Assembly (NCBI GenBank): GCA_965238175.1
Contig: CBDEGZ010000003.1
Span: 960,001 to 1,024,000, forward strand
Length of the DNA stretch: 64,000 nt
DNA from: Gammaproteobacteria bacterium
Lineage (GTDB): Bacteria > Pseudomonadota > Gammaproteobacteria > CAJXQU01
Direction of reading: 5' to 3'
The notes under the pieces were generated by a model. The model made no database searches. It was not told the DNA's origin and saw nothing but the letters and a program-made list of their open reading frames with translations. This document shows positions 38,163 through 49,159 of this stretch, piece by piece (the first letter of the stretch is position 1; each line of letters begins with the position of its first letter). The translations under genes and the position numbers were made by a program.

Positions 38163-38377
38163 TAAATAGCCGTAAATTGGAGAAAGTATGTATTAATAAA
38201 GTATGTATTAATAATATAGGGTAAAATCGTTGATTTTAAAGTTATAAATCTCGTCATAATACTTTTGAAGTCTAGTACCAATGTAGTCTTCCTGCCATAT
38301 TGCTAATGATTTAGCAAATACCAACAGGGGATTATACATTAAATTTGTTTATAGGCGGTAGTATAAATTTTTTATTT

Positions 38378-40153
38378 CTAATCTGTAGTTGAACGCTTGT
38401 ACATGTTTATGTTCTTAATCTGATCTGTAATTTTACCGTCGGAAGTTTGAATCAAAGCGGAACGTTGTTGTTTTGCTAAGTTTTTTTGTAATGTTTGGAT
38501 AATCCCTAAATATTCTGCACGCATAGCCTCGTCTGATAACTCTTTTTCACCCGCTAATAACTGGTTTAGTATCTCGATTTTGTCAGATTCTCTGTAGTGT
38601 TCTAATAATTGCCCGGTGCTCATAAAGGATCGGTTTGAGATTTGTTGAGTAAGTTCCAAAATGAATGGGATCTGCTGATCTGACAAGGCTGATAATTCTT
38701 CAGGAAAATCAATGTCCAAGACAAATTCCGGATGGTTGATTACGATGTGAATGGCCTGCTCAACCAGCGAGCGAGTGAATCGTTTATTTCGATTTACGGG
38801 TGTTCTTTGTATTGGTTTTATCCGTTCAGGAGCCGGGTTATGGCCCGGCATCATTTGATCAATTTGTGCAGTAGCAAGTTGCGATAATGTACTAAGTTGT
38901 TGTTTCATCAGTGTGCGTAAAGCGCCGGTGGGAATTTTTGCGATTAATGGGCTGGCAAGATCAAATAATCGGGCACGGCCTTCGAGCGTGCTTAAATCCG
39001 TCTGCTGAACGAGTGAGTCGAATAAGAATTCCGATAATTGGGCGTAGTTGTTACTGTTTTCAAAATATGCTGCACCTTGCTTTCGGATAATACTGTCAGG
39101 ATCATCTCCTTCTGGTAGAAATAGAAAACGCACGGAGTAACCTTCTTTTAGCAGCGGGAGTGATAATTCTAAAGCCTTCCAGGCGGCACGTTGGCCAGCT
39201 TTATCGCCATCAAAACAAAATACAATTTCACGTGTCGCTTTGAATAGGCGTTGTAGATGTTCAATAGTTGTTGCTGTCCCTAAAGTTGCAACGGCATTGT
39301 TGATGTCGAATTGGGCAAGTGCGACAACATCCATATAACCTTCAACAACGATAATGTGTGATAAATCTCGACAGCGTTTTCGCGCTTCATACAACCCATA
39401 AAGTTCACGGCCTTTATGGAAAACGGGTGTTTCTGGAGAATTTAGATATTTTGGTTCGCCCTGATCGAACACTCTGCCACCAAAACCGATGACTCGGCCT
39501 TTATAGTCACGTATGGGAAACATAATCCGATCACGGAAGCGATCATAATGACGTTTTTTATTATGCTCTAAATCTTTTTCGGCGATTAAACCAGATTTTA
39601 GGAGTAAATTAATTTGATCCGTTGTAATTTGTTCTTTTGTGCCAAAGGAATTGATCAAGTTATCCCAACCCGGTGGTGCATAACCAATGTCATAGGCGGC
39701 AGCGATTTCTCCGGAGAGTCCACGACTTTTCAGGTATTGAACAGCCCTTTCTTTGCTCGAATGTTGACGCAATTGTTTTGCATAAAACTGGGCGGCTTGT
39801 TCTAGTATATTGAATATGGGGCTGTGATCAGGACGATTTTGCTTTGTTTCAGTATTTTCTGGAAGTTGCATCCCGGCTTTTGAGGCGAGATCTTTGATTG
39901 TTTCAACAAAATCCAGATGATTATGATCCATTAAAAAACTGATCGCCGATCCATTCGCGCCACAACCAAAACAGTGATAGAACTGTTTGACCTGGCTGAC
40001 GGTGAAGGAGGGTGTTTTTTCGTTATGGAATGGACAAAGTCCTTGATAATCCTTACCAGCTTTGCGAAGTTGCACAAATTCGCCGATCACATCGATAATA
40101 TCGGTGCGACTCAAAAGATCGTCAATAAAATCTTGTGGGATCATTCCGGCCAT
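38378..40153 (-). CDS. dnaG: DNA primase
   Basis: MAGMIPQDFIDDLL start at 40153, CPFHNEKTPSF, KYLNSPET, VEGYMDV, CFDGD. Confidence 0.98.
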   Translation of the reverse strand: MAGMIPQDFIDDLLSRTDIIDVIGEFVQLRKAGKDYQGLCPFHNEKTPSFTVSQVKQFYHCFGCGANGSAISFLMDHNHLDFVETIKDLASKAGMQLPENTETKQNRPDHSPIFNILEQAAQFYAKQLRQHSSKERAVQYLKSRGLSGEIAAAYDIGYAPPGWDNLINSFGTKEQITTDQINLLLKSGLIAEKDLEHNKKRHYDRFRDRIMFPIRDYKGRVIGFGGRVFDQGEPKYLNSPETPVFHKGRELYGLYEARKRCRDLSHIIVVEGYMDVVALAQFDINNAVATLGTATTIEHLQRLFKATREIVFCFDGDKAGQRAAWKALELSLPLLKEGYSVRFLFLPEGDDPDSIIRKQGAAYFENSNNYAQLSEFLFDSLVQQTDLSTLEGRARLFDLASPLIAKIPTGALRTLMKQQLSTLSQLATAQIDQMMPGHNPAPERIKPIQRTPVNRNKRFTRSLVEQAIHIVINHPEFVLDIDFPEELSALSDQQIPFILELTQQISNRSFMSTGQLLEHYRESDKIEILNQLLAGEKELSDEAMRAEYLGIIQTLQKNLAKQQRSALIQTSDGKITDQIKNINMYKRSTTD

Positions 40154-40159
40154 AGGCTG

Positions 40160-40435
40160 GTACTCTATCCAGTTGATATTGTCGTATTCAGCGTTACCGT
40201 GGCGTTTCGCAACAAGGCGCAGTGCACAGGGAATAGTCGCTCTATTCGCAAGCGCTGCAACGCAGTTGCGAAACGCCACGGTAGCGCCCTACGGGTTAGT
40301 ATGTCAATATCCATGGACGGTGTTGTGCCTTTTGGAAATGGCCAAGCTTATTTTAAGGCCATTTTCTGCAAGACACGCCTTGCCATGAATATTGACATGC
40401 TAACTGAAAACGACAATATCAACTGGATAGAGTAC
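40160..40435. mobile_element. Structured MITE copy 1 (276 bp)
   Basis: Perfect >=25-bp terminal IR GTACTCTATCCAGTTGATATTGTCG; two internal hairpin arms. Confidence 0.88.
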
Positions 40436-40510
40436 GGGTATAGCCGGATAATTATTCTGTCTGGAGGATCTTTTCCGAAAGGTATTAGCGGTGTGGTACG
40501 TTTAAGCTAA

Positions 40511-40963
40511 CTAACCAGCAAGTTGCTTTTTGATCAGCCCACTAACAGCACTCATATCAGCACGACCTTGTAGTTTAGGCTTTAGGATCCCCATTACCTT
40601 ACCCATATCTTTCATTTCGCTGGCACCACTCGTACTAATCGCCTCTTGAACTAAGCTGAGAATTTCTTCTTCAGAAAGTTGTTCTGGCAGATAGGTTTTA
40701 ATGATGTCGAGTTCGTAGATCTCTTGATCAGCGAGATCTTGTCTATTGGCTTTTTCATATTGCGAAATTGATTCACGACGTTGTTTGCACATTTTGTCCA
40801 AGATCGTCGTAACATCGGCATCTTTCAGTTCAATACGTTCGTCCACTTCACGTTGTTTTATCGCGGCAGTGATCAGACGCAAAGTTCCAAGGCGCGGCTT
40901 ATCTTTGCTGCGCATTGCATCTTTTACGTCATCAAGCAGGCGTTGTTTTAGAGAATCTGACAT
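40511..40963 (-). CDS. GatB/YqeY domain protein
   Basis: AIKQREVDER, KQRRESI, YLPEQL, DMGKVMG. Confidence 0.95.
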   Translation of the reverse strand: MSDSLKQRLLDDVKDAMRSKDKPRLGTLRLITAAIKQREVDERIELKDADVTTILDKMCKQRRESISQYEKANRQDLADQEIYELDIIKTYLPEQLSEEEILSLVQEAISTSGASEMKDMGKVMGILKPKLQGRADMSAVSGLIKKQLAG

Positions 40964-41015
40964 GTTGTATTGACTTATGAAAATTTTCTAGCCTTATTGT
41001 ATAAATCTCTAAAGG

Positions 41016-41231
41016 CTAGTAAAGGCGTTTTCTTTGCAGGCTAGTACGTGATGCTTTTTTCTGCCAACGTTTTACTGCAGCGGCAGCTTTACGCTTTCTT
41101 TCTTGAGCAGGTTTTTCGTAGTATTCTCGGCGATGTACTTCCGCGACGGTTCCAGCTTTTTCACAAGAACGTTTAAAACGTCGCAGAGCGATGTCAAAAG
41201 GTTCGTTTTCTCTGACCTTAACTGATGGCAT
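41016..41231 (-). CDS. rpsU: 30S ribosomal protein S21
   Basis: [27 protein letters not shown]. Confidence 0.99.
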   Translation of the reverse strand: MPSVKVRENEPFDIALRRFKRSCEKAGTVAEVHRREYYEKPAQERKRKAAAAVKRWQKKASRTSLQRKRLY

Positions 41232-41324
41232 TCGATATTCCTAAGTTGTTTAATTAATAAAAAAGTTGCACAAAATCCAAAAGGCGCATTATTCTAGTTC
41301 CTTAACAGGAGAAAAGCAAAAATC

Positions 41325-42326
41325 ATGCGCGTTTTAGGCATCGAAACTTCTTGTGACGAAACAGGGGTCGCAATTTATGACACAAAGCAAGGACTTTTAG
41401 CTCATGCTTTATTCAGTCAAATTGATCTTCATGCCCAATACGGTGGAGTGGTTCCGGAGTTGGCATCACGTGATCATGTTCGAAGGATTATCCCTTTAGT
41501 GAAAGGTGTTTTGGAAGAAGCGAACACTCACTCCGATCAAATTGGGGGCATTGCCTATACACAAGGTCCTGGTCTTATTGGTGCACTTTTAGTTGGGGTT
41601 TCTGTCGCGCATGGTTTGGCATGGGCATGGAAGATCTCAAGTGTCGGTGTACATCATATGGAAGGGCATTTATTGGCCTGTATGCTGGAAGAAAATCCAC
41701 CAGCATTCCCATTTGTTGCTTTACTTGTTTCCGGGGGGCATACGCAGCTAGTCAAAGTCAGCAGTGTCGGTGACTATCAAATACTCGGTGAATCACTTGA
41801 TGATGCAGTGGGAGAGGCTTTTGATAAAACGGCAAAGTTACTTGGATTATCATATCCAGGTGGGTCGGCAATTGAAAAACTTTCAAATCAAGGAAATTCT
41901 GATTGGTATACTTTTCCTCGTCCAATGGTTAATCGCCCGGGGTTGGATTTCAGTTTTAGCGGGTTAAAAACATTTGCTAAGAATACCTGGGAAAAGTCAG
42001 AACAAAATGATCAGACTAAAGCGGATATCTCTCGCGCTTTTTCTGATGCGGTTTTTGACACTTTATTAATCAAATGTAAGCGCGCATTAAAAGAGACTGG
42101 GTTAAAAAGATTAGTGATCGCGGGTGGCGTAAGTGCTAATAATCAGTTGAGGGATCAATTCAAAACATTAAACGCGGAAGTTTATTACCCAAGGTTAGAA
42201 TTTTGTACCGATAATGGCGCTATGATCGCTTATGCAGGTGCAATAAGGTTAGCTGCGGGTGAAAAAAATGGGTTGGCTTTTCAGGCGCAACCTCGATGGC
42301 AAATGGAAGATCTGGAGCCGATTTAA
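41325..42326 (+). CDS. tsaD: tRNA t6A biosynthesis protein TsaD
   Basis: [31 protein letters not shown]. Confidence 0.99.
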   Translation: MRVLGIETSCDETGVAIYDTKQGLLAHALFSQIDLHAQYGGVVPELASRDHVRRIIPLVKGVLEEANTHSDQIGGIAYTQGPGLIGALLVGVSVAHGLAWAWKISSVGVHHMEGHLLACMLEENPPAFPFVALLVSGGHTQLVKVSSVGDYQILGESLDDAVGEAFDKTAKLLGLSYPGGSAIEKLSNQGNSDWYTFPRPMVNRPGLDFSFSGLKTFAKNTWEKSEQNDQTKADISRAFSDAVFDTLLIKCKRALKETGLKRLVIAGGVSANNQLRDQFKTLNAEVYYPRLEFCTDNGAMIAYAGAIRLAAGEKNGLAFQAQPRWQMEDLEPI

Positions 42327-42332
42327 ATCACT

Positions 42333-43715
42333 ATGATTCATACCTTCGCCTGGTTTTCGTTGCGAGAAGCACTTTCTATTTATAAGAATTCCCGTGTGGT
42401 GGGAATGCTGTTTCTGGGATTTTCTGCCGGATTACCGATATTGCTCGTGTTTGGAACCTTGTCGTTTTGGTTACGTGAGGCAGGTGTTTCAAGAAGTACG
42501 ATCGGTTTTTTTAGTTGGATCGGCTTAGCTTATGCCGTGAAATGGTGTTGGTCTCCTTTAGTTGATCGACTGAAATTGCCTGTTCTGACCCATTGGCTGG
42601 GAAGGCGGCGTGCCTGGTTACTCTTTTCTCAAATTTTGATCATTTTTTCGTTGGTGTGTATGGCGATGACAGATCCTGGGGTTGATCTCAGATTAATGGC
42701 TGGATTTGCCTTGTTAGTTGCAGTCTCTTCAGCGACTCAAGATATTGCCTTGGATGCTTATCGAATTGAAGCTGTTCCAGAAGACATGCAAGGTGCGATG
42801 TCGGCGAGCTATATGGCTGGTTATCGTTTAGGTATGATTTTGGCGTCAGCAGGAACATTGGCAATTGCTGCGATTTTTGATCCATCTGAGGCAAGTTATG
42901 AGCACCATCCTTGGCAGATAGCCTATCTATGTATGGCGGCTTGTATGTTGGTGGGGATTATCTCGACGCTGTTAACAACGGAGCCAGATCAAATAGAAGA
43001 TCTTGAGTCGGGCCAAAGAAAAGAAAAGTTAGCGACATTGATAGCGCGTCATCAACATTTACCAAAACCTATTGCTAATTTCCTGGGTTGGTTTTTAGAT
43101 GCGGTGGTCAGCCCTTTCTGGGATTTTCTCATACGTTATGGTTGGCATGCATTACTGATCCTGTTTTTGATCGGAACATATCGCATATCCGATATTGTTT
43201 TAGGAATCATGGCAAACCCATTTTATTACGACATGGGTTTTACTAAAGCAGAAGTGGCGGGAATTACCAAGATCTATGGTGTAATAATGACAATTGTAGG
43301 AGCCGGATTCGGTGGACTTATGATCGTTCGCTGGGGAGTCTTACCCATTTTATTACTCGGTGCTGTTCTGTCAGCTGGGAGTAATCTTCTATTCTCAGTA
43401 CTCGCTGGTATAGGACATGATATCTGGTGGTTAACAGCCGTAATTTCTTTCGATAATTTCAGTGCTGGAATTGCAACTGCTGCATTTGTCGCGTACTTAT
43501 CAAGTCTGACGAATGTGAGCTACTCGGCAACGCAATATGCGTTATTCAGTTCGGTCATGTTGCTGTTGCCTAAATTCATGGCAGGTTTTTCTGGCGTGAT
43601 TGTCGATAAGATCGGTTATTCGGAATTTTTTGTGGGCACGGCTTTATTGGGAATGCCTGTTTTAATTTTGATCGTGCTGGCTATGAAATTTGTTCCGACA
43701 AGGAACAAATCCTGA
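42333..43715 (+). CDS. ampG: AmpG-family muropeptide MFS transporter
   Basis: LGFSAGLP, LGRRRAW, SATQDIALDAYRIE, SATQYALFSS. Confidence 0.93.
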   Translation: MIHTFAWFSLREALSIYKNSRVVGMLFLGFSAGLPILLVFGTLSFWLREAGVSRSTIGFFSWIGLAYAVKWCWSPLVDRLKLPVLTHWLGRRRAWLLFSQILIIFSLVCMAMTDPGVDLRLMAGFALLVAVSSATQDIALDAYRIEAVPEDMQGAMSASYMAGYRLGMILASAGTLAIAAIFDPSEASYEHHPWQIAYLCMAACMLVGIISTLLTTEPDQIEDLESGQRKEKLATLIARHQHLPKPIANFLGWFLDAVVSPFWDFLIRYGWHALLILFLIGTYRISDIVLGIMANPFYYDMGFTKAEVAGITKIYGVIMTIVGAGFGGLMIVRWGVLPILLLGAVLSAGSNLLFSVLAGIGHDIWWLTAVISFDNFSAGIATAAFVAYLSSLTNVSYSATQYALFSSVMLLLPKFMAGFSGVIVDKIGYSEFFVGTALLGMPVLILIVLAMKFVPTRNKS

Positions 43716-43754
43716 AAGTGTCTGTCATTACAGACTACTGTTTGACGTTAATGG

Positions 43755-44028
43755 GTACTTTATCTAGTTGATATTGTCGAATTCAGTTAGTTTGTCAGTA
43801 CTCATGGCAAGACGTGTCTTGCTGGAAATGGCTTAAAATAAGTTTGGCTATTTACAAAAGGCACAACGCAGTCCATGGTCGCTGACAAGCTAACCCGAAG
43901 GGCACTACCGTGGTGCCCCGCCGCTGCGTTGTAGCGTTTGAGAATAGAACGACTATTCTCTTCGCATTACGCCTCGCCGCAAACACCACGGTAACGCTGA
44001 ATGCGACAATATCAACTGGACAGAGTGC
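43755..44028. mobile_element. Structured MITE copy 2 (274 bp, inverted and diverged)
   Basis: Same termini with a few mismatches; internal arms in reverse order relative to copy 1. Confidence 0.85.
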
Positions 44029-44241
44029 TTAGATGTGTGGAGAATATTGGCGCGATTAAGTTAAAATCACGCGATTAAGTTTATGCAATAAGTACAAGTC
44101 CGAATAATCTTAAAAATAATAATTAATCAAGATATAAATAAACTTTGTTCGGAAGGTATAGCCCAAGAATAGTTACCTTAAGAACAATTGCCTAAAATTA
44201 ACGTAAGAACAGTAAAACCAACGAATAGTGAAAATAAAGTA

Positions 44242-45234
44242 ATGCCAAAAAATCCTATGGAAAATGCGATAGAAGTAAAACGTTTGAGCAAGCAATTTGG
44301 ATCATTGCTTGCCGTTAATGATATTTCGTTTAATGTTAGGCGTGGTGAAGTACTCGGATTTCTAGGACCAAATGGTGCTGGTAAATCCACAACGATGAAA
44401 ATGATCGCAGGGTTTCTAGAACCAACCAACGGAACCGTCAGTCTGTGTGGTCATGATGTTCTGGAAGATCCAATTAGTTTGAAAAAGAAGCTGGGTTATT
44501 TACCTGAAGGTGCGCCTGCTTACGGCGAAATGACACCAAAAAATTTCCTGAATTTTATTGCTGACATTCGTGGTCTGCAAGGAAGCTATCGACAAGAAAG
44601 AATCGACGATGTGGTTAAAAAAATTAATATCGATGGTGTTATGAATCAGCCAATCGAAACCCTTTCTAAAGGGTTTAAACGACGAGTGGGTATGGCGCAA
44701 GCGATTCTGCATGATCCTGAAGTGTTGATTATGGACGAACCCACAGATGGTCTTGATCCAAATCAAAAGCATGAAGTACGAACCTTAATACAAGCAATGG
44801 CTCAGGATAAGGCGATTATTATTTCGACGCATATATTAGAAGAAGTTGGTGCCGTTTGTGATCGCGCGATCATTATAGCGAAAGGTCAACTTCTGTTTAA
44901 TGGCACACCAAAAGAATTGATATCTAAATCTAAATATCACAATGCCGTTTCTTTGACGATAAAAACCTCTCAAAGTCAGAGTGCGAAACAGCTGCTTTCT
45001 AATCTGCCGAGTGTGGAAAACATTGAATTGTTAGAAAAAACGCTCGGAAAGTCCCAACTGTTAATTATCCCCAAAAAGGGTATGAGCATTGTTGGTAGTA
45101 TTAGTGATCTCGTACATACACGTGCTTGGGAAGTGGGTGAACTTCGTGTAGAAACAGGGCGCGTCGATGAAGTGTTCAGAGATATCACTATAGGATCAAA
45201 TTCTCCGGCGCTAGAACAGGAGCACCTTTCATGA
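44242..45234 (+). CDS. ABC transporter ATP-binding protein (GldA-like)
   Basis: GPNGAGKST, LSKGFKRR, MDEPTDGLDPNQ; start uncertain (44242 or 44257). Confidence 0.92.
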   Translation: MPKNPMENAIEVKRLSKQFGSLLAVNDISFNVRRGEVLGFLGPNGAGKSTTMKMIAGFLEPTNGTVSLCGHDVLEDPISLKKKLGYLPEGAPAYGEMTPKNFLNFIADIRGLQGSYRQERIDDVVKKINIDGVMNQPIETLSKGFKRRVGMAQAILHDPEVLIMDEPTDGLDPNQKHEVRTLIQAMAQDKAIIISTHILEEVGAVCDRAIIIAKGQLLFNGTPKELISKSKYHNAVSLTIKTSQSQSAKQLLSNLPSVENIELLEKTLGKSQLLIIPKKGMSIVGSISDLVHTRAWEVGELRVETGRVDEVFRDITIGSNSPALEQEHLS

Positions 45235-45965
45235 ACAATATTCTGTCTATTTTTAAACGTGAATTAAGTGCTTATTTTGCAACACCGGTTGCTTACGTTT
45301 TTATTGTGATTTTTTTATTTTTAACCGGTATTTTTACTTTTTATATCGGTGGGTTTTATGAAAGTAATCAAGCTGGCTTAGTGCCTTTCTTTAGTTTCCA
45401 TCCATGGCTTTATTTGTTTTTGATCCCGGCGATATCAATGCGCCTTTGGTCTGAAGAACGCAAAACTGGCACTATCGAATTATTAATGACATTACCCATA
45501 TCTTTAACAGAAGCAGTTATTGGTAAATTTTTAGCGGCCTGGTGTTTTACCGCAATCGCGCTAGTGCTGACTTTCCCGATTTGGATCACGGTAAATTATT
45601 TAGGTGATCCGGATAACACGGTTATTTTTGTCAGTTATATCGGCAGTTTATTGATGGCAGGAGGCTTCCTTGCAATTGGTTCTTGCATCTCTGCATTGAC
45701 AAAAAATCAAGTCATCGCGTTTGTTGTTAGTGTCGTTATTTGCTTCTTATTTACTCTAAGCGGCTTCCCACTCGTACAAGACTTTTTTAGTGTCTGGGCT
45801 CCACAATCGATTTTGGATGCGATCAGTTCATTTAGTTTTCTAAGTCATTTTAATTCAATAATGAAAGGCGTTATTGATATTCGTGACATCATCTTTTTTG
45901 CATCGCTAATCGGTTTGTGGCTGTATTTAAACACGCTGGCAATTGATAGTAATAAGGCCAGATAA
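45231..45965 (+). CDS. ABC-2 permease (GldF-like)
   Basis: RELSAYFATPVAYV, MRLWSEERKTGTIELL. Confidence 0.92.
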   Translation: MNNILSIFKRELSAYFATPVAYVFIVIFLFLTGIFTFYIGGFYESNQAGLVPFFSFHPWLYLFLIPAISMRLWSEERKTGTIELLMTLPISLTEAVIGKFLAAWCFTAIALVLTFPIWITVNYLGDPDNTVIFVSYIGSLLMAGGFLAIGSCISALTKNQVIAFVVSVVICFLFTLSGFPLVQDFFSVWAPQSILDAISSFSFLSHFNSIMKGVIDIRDIIFFASLIGLWLYLNTLAIDSNKAR

Positions 45966-45981
45966 AATAAGACGAGATAAA

Positions 45982-47850
45982 ATGAGTAAAAGATTTATAA
46001 CATTAAGCAGTCTAGTTCTGGCTATCGTACTTTTTCTCGCGATCAATATTCTTGCGAGTGGCACGCTGACTTCATGGCGTATGGACATGACCGACAATAA
46101 ACTTTTCACCTTGTCGGACGGCACTCGAAACATTCTTAAAGATCTTGAAGAGCCAGTCACATTGAGATATTTCTTTTCGCAAAAAATGCTCAACAGCATT
46201 CCTAATCTAAAAAATTATGGTGCGCGTGTTCGTGATATGTTGGAAGAGTATGAAGATGCGTCGAATGGCAAGTTAAAATTGATCATTTCTGATCCAGAAC
46301 CATTTTCAGAAGTAGAAGATGAAGCCGTCAGTTATGGGATGCAACAGTTACCTGTTAGCAATAATGGCGAGCTAGCCTACTTTGGTTTGGCCGGTACGAA
46401 TACCACAGACGACGAAGAGATCATTCCATTCTTTCAGCCTGAAAAAGAACAGACGCTCGAATATGAATTGACTAAAATGATCTACAATTTGGGTAATCCA
46501 AAAGATCGTGTTATCGGCGTGATTAGTACCTTACCGGTTTTTGGTCAACGTTCTCCTGATGGTCGATCAAGTGTGCCTGCCTGGGCGGTGATGGATATCA
46601 TGCGTAGTGAGTACCAAGTGCGAGATTTAGGTGTACAAACCAGTTATATCGATCCGGAAATTGATACTTTATTGGTTATTCATCCGAAGTCTTTAAAAGA
46701 CAAAACATTGTACGCAATTGATCAATTTGTTTTGAAAGGTGGTAAGGCAATTGTTTTTGTTGATCCGATGTCGGAAGCAGATGAAACTATGCCAGATCAA
46801 CAAAGCCAGATGGTTATGCCAGAACGTCACTCAACGATGCCGACACTTTTCGATAAATGGGGTATTGTTTTTGATACAACAAAAGTTGCTGGCGACATTG
46901 AAGCGTCAATTCGAGTGCAATCGAGAAATGCGCGTGGTCCGCAAGAAATTGCTTATATTCCGTGGATGCGTTTGCAACCACAGCATTTCAATAAGGACGA
47001 TTTTTCTACTAACCAATTGACCTTAATTAATTTAGGTACAGCGGGCTTTCTTCAGCAAGAGGAAGGGGCGACAACGACATTCACACCATTGATTTCAACA
47101 AGTAATAATTCAATGGCTTATGAACGCGATTCCGTTATTTTTGTTCGTGATCCAACCGCATTACTTGATCAATTTGAATCAGGTGGAAAACAATTAATGA
47201 TCGCTGCGCGGATTAATGGAAAGGTAGCAACTGCATTTCCTGAAGGTCGTCCAGCGGCGGATGAAAAAGATCCAACGTTTGTTAGCGAATCGAAAGAAGA
47301 TATTAATCTTATCGTAATAGCCGATACCGATATTCTTGCAGATCGATTCTGGGTACAGTTCCAGAACTTTATGGGATCACGAGTACCTACACCGCATGCT
47401 GATAATGCAAAATTTATATTGAACAGTATTGATATTTTAGGCGGCAATGCAGATCTGATTAGTTTAAGAAGTCGTGGTCAATATTCTCGGCCTTTCGATA
47501 GAGTTCAAGATCTGCAACGACAAGCAGAAGATCAATTCCGAGCACGCGAACAAGCATTGCAACAAAAACTGCAAGAGGCTGAGCAACGTATTAGTCAATT
47601 GCAGCAACAGAATACCGAAAACAGTGGAACCTTGTTGAGTCCTGAGCAAAGGAAAGAGATCGAAAGTTTTCAACAGGAGCAGCTTAAAACACGTAAGGAA
47701 CTGCGTTCTGTACAACATGATCTGAAGAAAAATATTGAGCAACTAGGAACAAAATTAAAATTTCTCAATATTGGTTTGATCCCGATGCTGATCGGACTAC
47801 TTGCGATTGGAACCGCTGTTTTAAGTGTTAAACGTAGAGCACGTCCTTAA
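45982..47850 (+). CDS. GldG-like ABC auxiliary component
   Basis: DMTDNKLFTLS, LEYEL, IDQFVLKGG, LISLRSRG. Confidence 0.9.
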   Translation: MSKRFITLSSLVLAIVLFLAINILASGTLTSWRMDMTDNKLFTLSDGTRNILKDLEEPVTLRYFFSQKMLNSIPNLKNYGARVRDMLEEYEDASNGKLKLIISDPEPFSEVEDEAVSYGMQQLPVSNNGELAYFGLAGTNTTDDEEIIPFFQPEKEQTLEYELTKMIYNLGNPKDRVIGVISTLPVFGQRSPDGRSSVPAWAVMDIMRSEYQVRDLGVQTSYIDPEIDTLLVIHPKSLKDKTLYAIDQFVLKGGKAIVFVDPMSEADETMPDQQSQMVMPERHSTMPTLFDKWGIVFDTTKVAGDIEASIRVQSRNARGPQEIAYIPWMRLQPQHFNKDDFSTNQLTLINLGTAGFLQQEEGATTTFTPLISTSNNSMAYERDSVIFVRDPTALLDQFESGGKQLMIAARINGKVATAFPEGRPAADEKDPTFVSESKEDINLIVIADTDILADRFWVQFQNFMGSRVPTPHADNAKFILNSIDILGGNADLISLRSRGQYSRPFDRVQDLQRQAEDQFRAREQALQQKLQEAEQRISQLQQQNTENSGTLLSPEQRKEIESFQQEQLKTRKELRSVQHDLKKNIEQLGTKLKFLNIGLIPMLIGLLAIGTAVLSVKRRARP

Positions 47851-47854
47851 TAAT

Positions 47855-49072
47855 ATGAAAAAATCATTACCCTTATTTGCTATTGTTACTTTGTTATTTG
47901 TTATTGCTGCCTGGTTCTCTGTTCAGCAACGTTCATTAGAGACAGTGGTCAATAAAGAACCTTTGTTTCCAGAGCTTGCTAATAAAATCCAGGATGTCGC
48001 AAAGGTAGAGCTGAGAACCCACGACATGGAGACAGTGCTCGCAGCAAAAGATGATCTATGGGTGTTGGAAAACCGTGGTAGCTATCCTGCTCATTTTACT
48101 CGAATTAAACCTTTGGTAATTGCGCTGAGCAAACTTGAAATACGGGAAGCTAAAACCGCTAATCCAGCGTTATATTCTCGTCTACAAGTCGAAGATATTA
48201 CTGACGAAAAAGCAAAATCAAAACAGGTGGTTTTGAAGGATGTTGATGGCAATGTTTTAGTATCGCTTCTGGTAGGAAAGGAGCGTATCAACAGAACAGA
48301 TGGATCAACTGATTCGCTCTACGTTAGAAAAGCTGGTGAAGAAAAAACCTATTTGGTTAAAGGTGAAGTTTCCCTGTCAGCAGATCCTGCAGAATGGTTT
48401 GAAAATAGTCTGATCAATTTATCTTCTGATCGTCTGAAGAGTATCTCGATCCAGCATGGCGGTGATAAGACGGTTGAAGTGATTAGAGAAGATAAAAATA
48501 CGGTCAATTATGATTTACAAAATATACCAGAAGGTTTTAAGGTTAAATCGCAAACCACCCTTAATAGTTTGGCTTCCATCGTTGAAGAATTGCATTTTGA
48601 TGACGTGAATAGTTCTGCGGAATTCAAATGGTCTGATGAAACTTTAACTACTGTTTATGAAACGTTTGGAGGTCTTGTAGCAAAGATTAAATCGAGCAAT
48701 ATTGATAATAAAACTTGGGCGGCTTTTTCATTTGAATTTGTTGGTAAAGATGAGCTAAAAAGTGAAACTCAGAGTGATGCAGGAGTAAGTAAGGCTGAAA
48801 AATCTAAAATACCTTCGGTTAAGCAACAGGTAGAATTACTCAATGCAAAAACGGATGGTTGGGTTTATGCACTACCTGCACATAAAGCGCAACAACTTAC
48901 ACGAACACTTTCTGATTTAATTATAGAAGAAGGTCAGCAAACAGAGTCTAAAAAACAATCTCAAATGCCTGGTTTACTACCGGGAATGTCTGGGGGAATG
49001 CCAACGGAATTACCACCTGGTGTCACCCCTGAAATGTTACAAGAGATGATGTCACCTCAAGGACAGCCTTAA
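47855..49072 (+). CDS. DUF4340 domain protein
   Basis: Usual fourth gene of this operon type; N-terminal TM, YVRKAGE. Confidence 0.8.
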   Translation: MKKSLPLFAIVTLLFVIAAWFSVQQRSLETVVNKEPLFPELANKIQDVAKVELRTHDMETVLAAKDDLWVLENRGSYPAHFTRIKPLVIALSKLEIREAKTANPALYSRLQVEDITDEKAKSKQVVLKDVDGNVLVSLLVGKERINRTDGSTDSLYVRKAGEEKTYLVKGEVSLSADPAEWFENSLINLSSDRLKSISIQHGGDKTVEVIREDKNTVNYDLQNIPEGFKVKSQTTLNSLASIVEELHFDDVNSSAEFKWSDETLTTVYETFGGLVAKIKSSNIDNKTWAAFSFEFVGKDELKSETQSDAGVSKAEKSKIPSVKQQVELLNAKTDGWVYALPAHKAQQLTRTLSDLIIEEGQQTESKKQSQMPGLLPGMSGGMPTELPPGVTPEMLQEMMSPQGQP

Positions 49073-49159
49073 TAAATTTTTTAGGATGCAACAAGCCAAG
49101 AAAAATTGATCAGTTTGTATTATGTATTAAAATGATGATAGTAAACCCTGGGGACGTTC

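Noticed and set aside
38183-38212. 15-bp tandem duplication AAAGTATGTATTAAT x2 upstream of rpoD
   Set aside because: Two AT-rich units only; most likely slippage, with no evidence of function.
40154-40279. 42-aa N-terminal extension of DnaG in the ORF track, plus ORFs 39974-40510 and 40062-40388
   Set aside because: These frames run through the MITE; the conserved primase start MAGMIP is at 40153.
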